A stretch of DNA of 64,000 nucleotides from Amoebidium appalachense (Eukaryota; Protista; Ichthyosporea). Of this stretch, positions 13,349 to 26,665 are shown piece by piece (position 1 is the stretch's first letter; each line of letters begins with the position of its first letter). Where the stretch lies: assembly GCA_963693365.1 (NCBI GenBank), contig CAVNZM010000008.1, positions 8,126,818-8,190,817 of the forward strand, in the 5' to 3' direction. A model generated the notes under the pieces. It saw only the letters and a program-made list of their open reading frames with translations. It was not told the origin of the DNA and made no database searches. The position numbers were made by a program, and so were the translations under genes.

Positions 13349-13873
13349 ATGGTAACATCAAGCAAAAAGGCACTTGGCAGCGGGGATTCCGTGCTGAATT
13401 CCAGCAGCCAGGTACTTTTCTCAGCGAAGAATGGGCACAGTGCCTACACATGTCGCTGCTCCTACAGCCTGGAAACTGGTGACCACATCTGCTGCATCTA
13501 CGACGGAAGGAACGAGTTTTTCGAAATCCTGGCCGATTACATCAAGAAGGGGGTGGAGCAAAACCACATGGTATTACGCCCTTCACTCTCTCCACATATC
13601 CTTATACCATCTCTTTGAACCCACCCACCCAACCATCCACCTATTATGACAATCATGCAATTCCTTCTTGAGTTCCATTCCGAAGACCCTTGGGGGGTTG
13701 TGTCCATATTTTCAAATTTCACAGGCATTTAGGGTGCAAGAGAGAAAGGCGTTTCCTAATGTACTAGTATGCAAAATGATGATCTGAGAGGGGTCTGAGA
13801 GAAGGGAGCAGAGTAGGGGGAACTTCACATTGAAACTGGTTGACTGATTTTCTTTTATTCTTTTTTTTTTTTT

Positions 13874-13904
<31 letters not shown>

Positions 13905-14540
13905 GGGGGGAAAGGGGGGGGGGGGGGGGGGGGGCACTTGCAATTATTTGCCTGGAAGGAAAGAAGTACAGATGGAACATTGATGCTACGAATTTTTTTG
14001 TGAACCCCCCCCCCCCCCCCCCCCCCCCAGCCCCCGTGCGCCTCCCGCCTGCCGTTGAACCCCTGTTCAGGTTCATATTCAGCAATTCTTGCAGTCTCTT
14101 CATTTACAAGCTCGCTTCACTTGGCTCGTAACCCACCCGTTCGCTGTCCTAGCACCCCTGTCTGTTTTAATGTTCAACCATTTTTTTTTTGTGCTGTAGT
14201 CAACCTAATCAATCAATCTAAACAATATTTGTTTATCCACGTTATGAGTGGTGTGTTATTACGCATATCTGCCCTCTTTTCCCTCCTCCTCCTCCTCCTC
14301 CTCCTCATTCCTCTTCTTGTCTCTCTTCAACTTTTTGCAGATCGTTTACTTCCCCTTCACCTATTCGGCCTGTGAAACGTCGAGCACTCTGCGTTCGCTG
14401 GGTTGCAACGTGGAAGAGATGGTAGCAAAGGGGCAGCTGGTGATGATGGATGAGACGGGCAGCTCTTGTGTGACAGAGGGGCAAGTGGACTGGCAGAAAG
14501 CGCTCTGGTGCGTTGCTGGATGACTTTTTGATTACTGTGT

Positions 14541-14620
<80 letters not shown>

Positions 14621-15007
14621 TATGTGTGTGTGTGTTTGTGTATGTATACGATGCTTTGTTCCCGTTCTCCGCCTGTCTCCCCCCCCCCCCCCAAAATAAA
14701 ATAAAATAAGATAAAATAAAATAAAAGAGAGAGAGAGAGGGATGAGAGAGAGAAAGAGAGAGGGTGTATGAGTGAAAGGGATGCGGGGAGAAAGAGACAG
14801 AGAAGGGGGGAAGAGAGCAGGGAGTGTGTGTGTGTGCACGTGTGCGAGAGGGGGAGAGAGAGAGAGGCCGATGTACAAACGCCAACACCCAAGCGCACAC
14901 GCACACACTATGAGAGAGCGAGAGAGAGAGAGGGAGAGGGAGAAAGAGAGAGAGAAAGAGAGAAGAGAAAGAGAAACAGACAGACAGACAGAGAAAGAGA
15001 GAGAGAG

Positions 15008-15051
<44 letters not shown>

Positions 15052-16374
15052 TGTGTGTGTGACCGACACCAAGACAAAGACACACACGCGCAATATTTGC
15101 TTCTCTTCCTCCCACACAAACATCCTCATATCTCTATCTGTGTGTGTTTGTGTGTGTTTGTGCGCGCATGTGCGTGCCAGACACAGTGGGGGAGTAAGGC
15201 TTTGAAATTTTGAGGATTAGGTCATTTGAGGGGATAGTTGTTAAAAATGAGCTTTTTGTAGGATTAAGACGGAGGTGGAAAGGCGGGCAGCAGCAGAGGG
15301 CTATGGGGCGGTGAGACTGGCCGTGGATATGGAATGGACTCGGCAACATTTCAGTGGAAATGGTACCTTTTTTTTTGGGGGGGGGGGGGGGGGGGGGGGG
15401 GAGATGGTGTTTGTGTGTGGGGTGGGGTTGTGGGGGGACGGGTCGGAAAGGGGGGGGGGGGGGGGGGAGGGAGGGACGTGGGGGCGCCGAAGGTGTGTGG
15501 CACTGTGGCATGTAGATGGCGTGGATTGTTAATTTGAGTGAGAGAGGGTTATTTCCTCGTTTTCGTTGACTTCTTATTCTTCTTCTTTTTTCTTCTTTTT
15601 GTTTCTTCTCATTCCCATTCTTCTTACACTCAGTCGTACACTTACTTTTATTATCCTCCATTTTTCTCCTCCTTTTTGGGGGGTTTTTTTTTGGGGGGGG
15701 GGGGGTTCTTTTCCCCATAAAGGTGCTTAATTTCTCTGGCAATGTCTTTCGACTTGAAGTTGTTCGTTCTCTCTTTAATTTCCTTCCCCCCTCCTGCCCC
15801 TACCTCTCTTCTTTGTTTTGATGGTTGCCCAACACTGTCTTCTGATTCATCCTTCCCCCCCCCCCCCCCCCCCCCCCTCCCCTGCCTGCCCGCCCGCTCT
15901 CCCTGAGCCTCCTCTCCCTGAGGATGGACTGCTTACGACACATACTCTTTGTGTGTGCTTTGCAATCTACTTTGTGTTGTCCGTCATGAATGTGTACTTC
16001 ATACTTTGAAACGCATTATACCCCCCCCCCCCCCCCCCCCCCCCCCCCGCCGCCGCCCTTACTTTGTCTTAATTCAGTTTGGCTTTTCATTTTTTTTTTT
16101 TTTTGTTTTTTTTTTCTTCATTTTCATTTTCTTCTTCTTCTTCTTCATCCCCCCCCCCCCCCCCCCCCCCCGGCCCCGCCCTTTCCTCCCTCTCCTAACT
16201 TTCATCCCGTTGCAGGCGGCCCACGTGCGCTGTGTGAGTTTGAATGTCACGTGACCTCAATGTACTTCGCGCCCAACATCAAGTGCATCGACATGTGCAT
16301 GTATGATGCCAACACCTTCGACAGCAGAACTCTTTCGCGGGTGTGCAAGTTTACCAACCCCCCCCTCCTCCCCC

Positions 16375-16421
<47 letters not shown>

Positions 16422-16455
16422 ACGCTGCCCCGCACCCGCCCTGCCCCACCCCACC

Positions 16456-16499
<44 letters not shown>

Positions 16500-16876
16500 G
16501 TGTGATATACACATCCATATATCCATCTGCATACACTTTTTTCTCTAAAGAGCGGAGTTTCATGTGTGTGCGCGCAAACACAAACTCTCAGGCTCACTGA
16601 TTCTGCTTCTGCTGCCGCACGGGTGTTGAGGGTGCACACACATCTCTTCTCGGACTTGAAACAAGCACGTGCGCACACACACACAGACGAAAATGTTGAG
16701 CACGTAGATTATCACCTGCCCTCCCCCTAATTGAGCCGCTACTTTTCAATGGGAATATCCCAAAATAGGCCGCCTTAAGTGGATCGATCTGATTGCCATA
16801 TATGGTATTTTGGTTGTGGGTCCAAAAATGTTTGCCATTCTAACATGGGTACAATTCCGGGTTTTAGAGATCCGAT

Positions 16877-16922
<46 letters not shown>

Positions 16923-17339
16923 AAGTTGGATAGAAATGTTTGCCATTTTAACATGGGTACAATTCCGGGTTTTAAAGACCGAATATATATATATATATAG
17001 ATGTAGATATAAATAAGTTGGATCAGTCCGATCGCCATGAATGCTGATGAGCATCCGGAACTTCGATTGGCCACCATCCTAACATGCACATTTTTTTCAG
17101 GTTCTGGAAACACACCCGCAAGTGTTCGTATGGGGCCAGCTGTACGACAACATATTCTTTGTCCCCCCGGAGGATTTCCTCCAATCAAACGAGGATTTCG
17201 TTTTGCACAAACGCATGGACAATCTGATTCGTCGACGGGAGGTGGAAGCAAAGCTTAGGGAGGGGAGGGAGGAGGCTCTGAGGCTGAAACAACGAGCAGA
17301 GGAGCAGAGGGACTCCAAGTCCACCTTCCTGGCTCAGAT

Positions 17340-17418
<79 letters not shown>

Positions 17419-17632
17419 ATGTGTGCGTGTGCCCCCCCCCCCCCCCCCCTCCCACCTCCCACCTGCAAGCTCACCCCACCCACCCACCTATCATGCTTTG
17501 CCTACTAACGTCTACCCCCTCCCCCCTCCCCCCTTCCAACCCCCCCCCCCCCCCCCCCCCCCACCCCACTCTCCGACCCACCACGTCACGCATTCTGAAC
17601 GTCTACCCTCTCCCCCCCCCCCCCCCCCCCCT

Positions 17633-17671
<39 letters not shown>

Positions 17672-18317
17672 AAAAGAAAGGAAAAGAAAAGAAAGAAAGA
17701 AAGATGCGCATTACGTACATACACTTGAACAACACGCCCCCCCTCCCCCCACGCTCCTTCATGGGGGCGCTTATTCGCCTCCTGTGTAAACTTCTTTTCC
17801 TGCTCTTCCTTCAACCCGTGTGCACCGCGCACTCCCTCCTCCCCCTCCCCCCCTCCCTTCCCCCCCCCCCCCCCCCCCCCCCCCAAAACACGCACGCACG
17901 CACACACACACACACACACAATTTTTTTATTGATTTTCTTTTCTAGATCTGACATTCAGATGCATTCTGATATGTTCTGCTGGCACCCATGCATGATTGT
18001 CGCTAAACAATTTAAATGATCTGCTGGCACCCATCCATGATTGTCGCTAAAGAATTACCTTTTTAACTCTAATGTGTAAACCTCCTTGACTCTACCTGAA
18101 AACACGTTTTTTTTTAAACGTTAAAACACAGTCGCACGAGATCCGCACGCCCATGTCAGGGATTGTGACCGCAGCCGAGATGCTTGCGGCTACCGACCTG
18201 ACCGGTGAGCAGCGGGAGCTGGTCGAACTCATGAAGGTAAAAGTATATATCTTCTAGGGTTTGGCAATGTTCTATTTTTTGTTTTATTTTATATGGTTCT
18301 TCTTTCTTTCTTTCTTT

Positions 18318-18348
<31 letters not shown>

Positions 18349-20838
18349 GGGGGGGAGGCAGAGAGGTGGGGGGTGGGAGTGAAAGTGGGGAGGGAGAGAG
18401 AGAGGGAGAGCGGGACGAACGGAGGGAGATAGAGAGACTCACAATCTAGACTGACGCTGAGAGCACATTACTGATTCGTTCTGCCCTTCTCACCAACCAA
18501 CATGAAATGTGCACGGGGCACCCACACATACACGTACGCTTACACACCTACACAAGCACACATGACTACGTGCACCTACACTTGTGCACCTACACGTGCA
18601 CCCACATGTACACGCACACACACACACACACGAACACGTACCCGCACACATCCACGTTGTATACCCACACCCACACGTGTACACGTACACGCACAGGCCA
18701 GCAGTGGGCAGCTGCTACGAACAGTCAACGAGGTGCTTCTATTCTCAAAGGCCGACTGCAACATGCTTACCCTCGAGCGCAGCCCCATGTGCATGCGCAA
18801 CATCTTTGCTCAGGCACGTGTTCAGCTCCCCCCCCCCCCCCCCCCCTCCCCCTTCCCCTCCCCGCCTTCCTCTCTTTCTCCCCCTGCCCCCTTTCCTCCA
18901 CCTCCCTCTGCACCCCTCCCTCCCCCCCCCCCCCTCTCCGCAGAGGCTCGTCTTTGCTCCTTCGAGGGAACACGCTTTCAGATTTCCGATATTCCTATTA
19001 ATTTTTAGGCTTTAGGTCTGGCTTTGCTTTTTTTTTTTTTTTTTTTTTTTTTTGGGAGTCTTTTTCAGATCTCACTTTCGTGTTTATAGTCTTTTATACC
19101 TCACATTTCTTTTTACATCTATAGTGACGACGTTTTTGGTTTTCTTTAGCAGATATTTGAGCCGGGTTCTCGAGGTTGTCCAGTTAGGGAACGTTAGCCA
19201 GAACCATTAGTCGCTCATCATTATAATTTAAGCACACACACCTCACCGTAGGGGGGGGGCCGGCCAACTCGGCCTTCCTCCGCAACGGGGGCATTTGGTT
19301 GGCTAGGCCGGGGCCGGGGTTACGTAAGGCGGCGGGGGCCGGGAGGGCCAGAACACGATACAAGGTTTGGGGGGAGCTTGGCGTAGGGACTTACGTAAGG
19401 TGGTAAGGCGGCGGTAGGCCAGGGGAAGACCACGATACAGGAAAAATAGGGTTGAGGAAATTTGTTAGGCGAATAGGGTCGCGCGGTTGTGAAGGTTACA
19501 CTAATGACTGTGTTAGTGGAGGACCAATCGGAATGTTTGTTTGTTTGAATTTCAGAAAGTGGCCTCGTGAGTCGTTTAGTGAACCAGTCGGAGGGCCTGG
19601 TTGTGAGAGTTAGCTAATGAGCGTTAATTATACCTCTGGCTTGCAGAACGGAACGAAATGATTCGATGGGCTGTTTGCATTGCATGGTTGGATGGAGGTT
19701 ACGAAATCATAGCGGCGATGGGGAGACGGTATAAAAGAGGAGAACACGATATATTGTTGGTCAGTTCGTGACGCAGCGGGATATAGAGCGCAGAGCAGAC
19801 GAAAACTGTATCACGGTTTTTTTAAAAAAAAAAAAAGTCAAATTGTGTAGTGGTAAAAGAACGATTTTATGGCTGATTCAAACATTAGTTTTGTAAATTG
19901 TTCTTGATGTTTGTGAAATAGGGATTTAAGCTACATAGCTTGCGTTTTTTCCTTAGAAAGGCTGTGTTGTCAGTGTTAGCTATAGCAGAGGTGTGGCTCA
20001 TTGAGGTACGATTGAATCGCTTTTTGAAGGTTTGCGAATATCGGCGGCAAGTGATGGAAGTGCGAGCTGATGGCGCTTCAGTTTTACACTGGTCGGGGCC
20101 GGAATCGGATCCTTGACAGGTGCAGTGTGGGTCAAAAAGACGTAGGGCTACCTTTCGTAAAAACGGTTTTTTGCAGTTTCCTTATATGGCTAATCTGATC
20201 GAACCGGATTCGATCTGGACCAATCATAAATACCCCTTGGCAGAGTTTTCTCGTTACGACACGTAGGGCTACCTACACCCCTTCGTAAAAACGATTATTT
20301 TTGAAATTCCTTATATGGCTAATCTGATCGAACCGGATTCGATCTGGACTAATGGCAAATACACCTTCACAGAGTTTTCCCGTACGAAACGTAGGGCCCC
20401 CTTTCCGTCACGCACTCTTTTGCAAAGTAAATCCAACACACGGTTTATAGTTCCCAACCACCACTTCATACCTGCTCCGCAACGAACTTAATAACTTAAA
20501 GATAAGATTTAAAAAATCTTTAACACATTTCCGCCACCGCAGGCCGAGCAGGCGTACCGGCAGGCAGCCAAAGATGCTCACGTGACCCTTTCCTTCGATG
20601 TCAACGACAATGCCGTCTGCTGGGTGTTGGGCGATTGCACAAACTTGCTACACGTATTTGTCCCCCCCCCCCCCCCCCCCCAGCCTTTTAACCCCATCCC
20701 CACATTGCCACTCCCAACCAAAACACCCCTCAACCTCTCCCCCTCAACACCTCTTCCTTCATCCCTTTCTTCTCTCGCTCTCTTCTCTTTCTGCATTTCA
20801 ACCCAATCCCCACCCTGGCCATCCCATTCAAAAGCCCC

Positions 20839-20907
<69 letters not shown>

Positions 20908-21236
20908 ACAGACACAAATCCCCCCTGCTCCTCTCTATCCGTTTTTGGAATTGCTATTCCACCCCCCCTTTGGTCACAATATGAACTGCAGAGAGTGGTA
21001 ATTCAAACATGATTATTTCGGCCTTTCTCCGGAAGTCCGTTTTAGGGCTAGGGCAAGCGGGGATTCCTAAAAAAGGAAATCACTCCGTATAAAGGCAACC
21101 CTATCCGATTAACTCGACGTCATATTGACATTGTACTGCAGAGTGCTGACATAGACTATACCAGACAACTTCACAAAGCAACACGCCACTTATCTGCTAT
21201 CAATAAACCCCCCTGAATATTATATATCTGTATGTA

Positions 21237-21280
<44 letters not shown>

Positions 21281-23496
21281 TTACATATATGATATATATA
21301 CACACTATAATAATAACAATAATAATAATAAAATAATACACAGGTGGTCGGCACGTTGGTGTCGTATTTCATTTCCCGCACACGCCAAGGCGAGAACATC
21401 TCAGTCACGTGCAAGAGGGAGGAGCCCCCAGCCGGTGGGGATGACGTCACACTTCAATTCACGTTTGCGGACAGCATAGAAATGAAGGATGGGGAGTTCG
21501 ATGGCTTCTGGAAGGTATTTATCCCCCCCCCCCCCCCCCCCCCCCCCCCTTGTTATATCGAATTAACGAAATAAATTGAACCAAAAAAAAAAAAAAAAAA
21601 AGATGGATTAATGTGATGTATCAGTGTTAAGGCAAACACAAATTACCGTCACCGCTGCCACCACCGTTACTCCCCCCCCCTCCCTTCCCCTTCCGTTCTA
21701 TGGCACTTCTTAATCCCCACTCTATATTTTTTAGTCGGCACTCACATATGGTCAGACATTGAAAACGCACCAGTAATCAACAAGTAGGAAAAGGCTATCA
21801 TGACGGACCCTTATCACACAATAGTAGATACGACAGTTTTTGGGGGGCCTTCCCCAGGGGGGGGGGGGGGGGGGTGCTTGATGCAATTGCTGCTTTGGGC
21901 AAATAGCGATGAGGAGCAACGTGTGTGTGCTTGGATAGGGGACGTGGGAGAGAGGGGGGGGAGGGGGGGGTTGGCGCGGAAAAAGGGCCGGGGGAAGGGG
22001 GGGGAAGGGGGGAGGGGCAGAAGACGACATATCGTCTGACACTATGCTTAATTTTTGACATCTAATAACTGCAGACGGACGTCAGCACGATTTCCAAATA
22101 TGGGCATACTGGGCTGGGACTCGCCATCTGCGCCCGACTTGTCGGTCTTATGGGCGGAAAAATCTGGGTCACTCCGGAAACACCTTCCCCGGGTGTCGGC
22201 ACGCAAATTCATTTCACCATCGTGGTTGCGAAAGTGCAAAACGAAAAGGTGAAAGCGGGGCGCAAAGAGGGAAGGCGCGCGAGAAGAGGCAAGAGAGTGG
22301 CTGGTGGCCCGTCTATGCTGTGCGAGAATTCTGACTTGGACCCAATGAGACGTAAGCATTAAGAATTATGAATGGTAGTTCACCACCCTGTTGCAAGGGT
22401 TTTCGATCGCGCAATCGGGTGTGGTCGGGATCAATGATTCACTGCCGAGAAAAAAATGGTGGGGTTTTTTGTTCGTTTGGTCTAAGGTGTTCCCCTCACT
22501 TTTTTTTTTTTTTTTTTTTTTCACTTTTTTTTTTTTGGTCACCCTTTCCAAAGCCCCTTTCCAAATACCACCTCCCTATCACCTTTCCCCCTTATCCCCT
22601 CTCCTGTCAATCTTATCCAAATCCTTCCCCCCTTTGTCCTTTCCATATCCCTCTCTCTTTTTGTCCTTTTCCAAGTCCTCCCCTCAAACTACCCTATTCT
22701 ACATCCCCCTCTCCTTGCGGTGTTATCACCCCTTTTCCAGAATTATTCCTTTCACTCCTCATCCGATGACCCCCTCCCCCCCCCTCTCCCCCGAGGGGAA
22801 TAGGTCGAAACTCGGGTACTGTGGATGACGTGGGCCCCCCCTGAGGATGGGCTCTGCTTATTATGCATACTCTTTATGTATGGCTTGCATTCTGCATCGT
22901 GTTATCCGTTTGTTCTTGTGTACTTCGTACTTTTTGACGCATTCAAACCCCCCCCCCCCCCCCCCCCAACGAGGGGAATAGGTCGAAACTCGGGTACTGT
23001 GGATGACGTGGGCCCCCCCTGAGGATGGGCTCTGCTTATTATGCATACTCTTTATGTATGGCTTGCATTCTGCATCGTGTTATCCGTTTGTTCTTGTGTA
23101 CTTCGTACTTTTTGACGCATTCAAACCCCCCCCCCCCCCCCCCAACCTCTGCTTCCCTGCTATTCACCCCCATCGACATTAACTAGGAGCAAATAAATAG
23201 ACTGGTTTTTCAAGCCTCTCCCCCCCCCCCCCCCCCCCCCCCCGGATGAGACACGCAGAGAAAGAGAGAAAGGGGAGACAGCGAGGAGGGTTGGGGGGGG
23301 GGGGGGGGGGAGGGAGGGGGGAGAGGAGATGGAAGCCGGGGAGAGGGAGAGGGAGAGAGAAGAAGGGAAATTGACAGAAAAAGAAAATTGCAAGAAAAAG
23401 GATCCCGCCCCACGTAAGCCTCTAAATCTTACCCCTCCATCCCCCATTCCCGATTCCACACTTCTCACCTACACCCACCCACCCATCCCCGTGTCC

Positions 23497-23548
<52 letters not shown>

Positions 23549-23590
23549 ACACAGCACCCACCCACATCTGCACATCCCTCCCCCTCCCCC

Positions 23591-23621
<31 letters not shown>

Positions 23622-23961
23622 ACATACACACACGTGCATACACACACACAGTGTCAGGAGGCAACAGTGACTCCTCCTCCACCTCCCCACCACCCAACCC
23701 CCACCTTCCCGTGAAAGAATGCTGCATTCTCTTGGCAGACGACAACAGAATCAATCGTCGTGTTGTGGGCCGGCTGCTGTGTGGGTTGGGGTGTGGTCGG
23801 GTGGATCTGGCTGAAGATGGAGAACAGGCGGTGTCAATGTGCAGCCAAAACAGATATGATGTCGTGCTTCTGGACATACACGTATTTACCCCCCCCCCCC
23901 CCCCCCCCCCCCCCCCTTTCCTCTTCCCCACTCCGGGTCCTTGCCCCACTCACCCAAACAC

Positions 23962-24028
<67 letters not shown>

Positions 24029-24133
24029 CAACACCTTGACGCCAACACCTTACCCTCCTCCTTCTTCGCTTGGCTCACCCCAGGCTCCCTACCCCATTTC
24101 AATCCATCCCCACCCTACCAACCCCAACCAACA

Positions 24134-24176
<43 letters not shown>

Positions 24177-25266
24177 AAAAAAAGGAAGGGAAAAAAGAAA
24201 CAAAAAAACACCACCACCACCATCATCCCTTTCCACACTCTCTTTCCACCATTTCAACGATTGTTCAGACACCGGTGACCAACTAGTCTGATCCCATAAT
24301 ATCGGGCTTAGTAGGGGCGTGGTTGCCCTGCAGTCTTACCTGCCCCCCCCCCCCCCTTCTCTCTCTCTTTGATTCACTGTCCCTTCCCCCCCTTCCTTCC
24401 CTTGTCTCGTGATTGAGGTTAACAAGTTAGATCCATTTGTTTGTATACTAGTAGTTTATTGCATGAGCCCCCCCCCCTTAACCACCACCACCACTACCCA
24501 CCAGATAAATATATATGTCATCATGAAATAAATGAATAGGAAACAAAAGTTAAAGTAGAAATAAAAGGCTCATGACAACATGTAACCATGCTCACTATGT
24601 ATCCGAACCTATAGATGCCGGTGATGGATGGTTATGAGGCAGCCCAGGAGCTACGTGCCCGGGGGAGGGACAAGGATACAAATACAAAGGTGGGTGGGCG
24701 GAATTCGTGTGGGGGTTTATGTTGTCTTGTTATCACACCCCTTTAGAAGGTTACGTGTGTTGTAAAACTGCCGGACCCTATTAGCATGTAGGGAGTTGTG
24801 CTTGACAACGGGATACATCTCTATTATCTATTTATTCTTATGCACTTCTATAACAACATTGAATAATTAAATTCTACTCCTAAAGTTGAAGGATTAATTT
24901 CACTCCTAATGTACTATTAACATAGTACTAGATTTATTACTCTACGTAATAAATATGTTAAATACATATTTAATAGGAATATTAATTCCATTAATGACAT
25001 CCACACACATGCGCGCGCACACTCAAAAAGTGTGTGTGTGTGTGTGTGTGTGTATTTTTTTTTTTTGGGGGGGGGGGGGGGGGGGGAGTAAAGAATATCC
25101 CCTAACCGTGTATGTACAAATGCAGGTGCCAAAATTGGTTGCGCTGTCTGCAGAGTCACTTCAGTTCCACGGGGAGAAGGGGCATCTGTTTGACCACTTC
25201 TTATTGAAGCCCGTCACAAAAACACAACTGGTATCGGCACTGTCGGATATGGGAATCGGTTTCTGA
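13349..25266 (+). CDS. Hybrid histidine kinase-like protein: MEDS sensor - coiled coil - HisKA - degenerate HATPase - receiver, ~693 aa
   Basis: 13 exons: 13349-13570, 14341-14507, 15262-15362, 16216-16340, 17101-17340, 18132-18236, 18697-18813, 20543-20653, 21344-21514, 22075-22351, 23652-23881, 24615-24689, 25126-25266. Total 2082 nt with phases consistent; intron 7 is GC-AG. MEDS motifs [34 protein letters not shown]; H-box [19 protein letters not shown]; G2 [21 protein letters not shown]; receiver ILLADDN, VLLDIHMPVMDG, ALSA, LLKP. Confidence 0.92.
16826..17010 (+). repeat. Two tandem ~108 bp units, each ending in (AT)n
   Basis: AAATGTTTGCCATT(C/T)TAACATGGGTACAATTCCGGGTTTTA... occurs at ~16826 and ~16934, each time followed by an (AT)n run. 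Confidence 0.85.
19177..20118 (+). mobile_element. Probable solo LTR in intron 7 of the kinase gene
   Basis: ~940 bp with TGTC...GACA ends, an internal duplicated TTACGTAAGG...CACGATACA block, CCAAT at 19524 and TATAAAA at 19730. Nearly free of the microsatellites seen elsewhere. Only GGT is repeated at the flanks. Confidence 0.6.
20141..20400. repeat. Tandem repeat, ~121-128 bp x 2.1
   Basis: CGTAGGGC at 20141, 20262 and 20390; shared core CCTTATATGGCTAATCTGATCGAACCGGATTCGATCTGGAC. Confidence 0.85.
22793..23125 (+). mobile_element. Poly(C)-tailed repeat family A, two tandem 5'-truncated copies
   Basis: GAGGGGAATAGGTCGAAACTCGGG...CCCTGAGGATGGGCTCTGCTTA...GACGCATTCAAA+(C)n at 22793-22947 and 22968-23125. 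Confidence 0.85.
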
Positions 25267-25357
25267 CAGACCAAAGATTAAAGACGGGTTGGAGTAATCG
25301 TTTTTTCCCTTTTCTTTGTTCTTTTTATTTCCCCCCCCCCCCCCCCCCCCCTCTTTT

Positions 25358-25396
<39 letters not shown>

Positions 25397-25512
25397 ATCG
25401 GAAGCAGCGATCACTAAAAGGCGGGTTGGGGCTTTTTATTTTATTTTTATTTTATTTTTTCTGATTGGATACAGCGATTAGGCGGGAGGTGGACTGGAGG
25501 TCGGATGAATAT

Positions 25513-25551
<39 letters not shown>

Positions 25552-26217
25552 TTCTGCTAAATAGTAGGGCGTAATTTCGATTGATGGCACATTTACTTAA
25601 ACAATGACCGCCAGATTTTAGATTATCAAGACAACTGTACATGAACGGGCACATACCGACCAATATGAGTTATATCGTGAGCAGGAACTAAATGTCTTTT
25701 ATATATACGGGGTACAGATGTATACTTATAATAAAATAGCACATGCACAGAGCCGATGTTGGTGATTATCTGTAAATATCGATAATATATTAAAAATGTT
25801 CGTTTCTAAAATCCTATGGATATTCTATAGCTGTGCATCTGTGCACACGGTGGTGTTCATTTCAGCGCTCATGGAATGCAAATATCTCCCTTCATCCCTT
25901 GCTTCCTCCCCTTTGCCACCTCCCCCCCCTCTCTCTCTTTCTCTCTCTCCGCAAAAGGGTGTTTGTACATGTTTCGTTTAGATGTCACTTTGACCCAAGA
26001 TCTTGAGATTTGCAGAAAACTTTGCCCTCTCGTCAGATCATCTCCCCCCCACCCCACCCCCCCCACCTCCACCCCCCTCTCTCCTTTTCCTGCCACCCCA
26101 ACCATGACATCTGCATTGCCTCTCCCCCCCCTCCCCTTTGCCTCCCCTCGGCCTCCTCTTCTTTTACAGATCCGGTTGCATGTCCACGTGTCCAAGGCTC
26201 ACACACATGCAGGCACA

Positions 26218-26307
<90 letters not shown>

Positions 26308-26593
26308 TGCAGGACACCGCACACACACCCGGCAGCAGCATACACCTTACTATTGGCCAGTACGCATGCACGTCCGATCGAGGGTTAGGCCTTGGGTGAT
26401 ATATTGCGCCTATCTACTATGTAGGATATCTCCCTCTTACCGGAAATTACTTTTCCTTGAAGCACCTACCGCAAGATATTCAAACTTTGAATTAAGTGTG
26501 TTGCAATATTTAAAAAGGCAAGGTTTAATGGAGATTTATAAGTATTAGCCTAGGGAACGATTGTCACGGACAAGTATCAGGACACGGTATTGA

Positions 26594-26665
<72 letters not shown>

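Noticed and set aside
22793-22880. Complete canonical hammerhead ribozyme using CGAAAC and CTGAGGA
   Set aside because: I could not build stems I-III in any permutation. Only CUGANGA plus a stem II-like hairpin is present.
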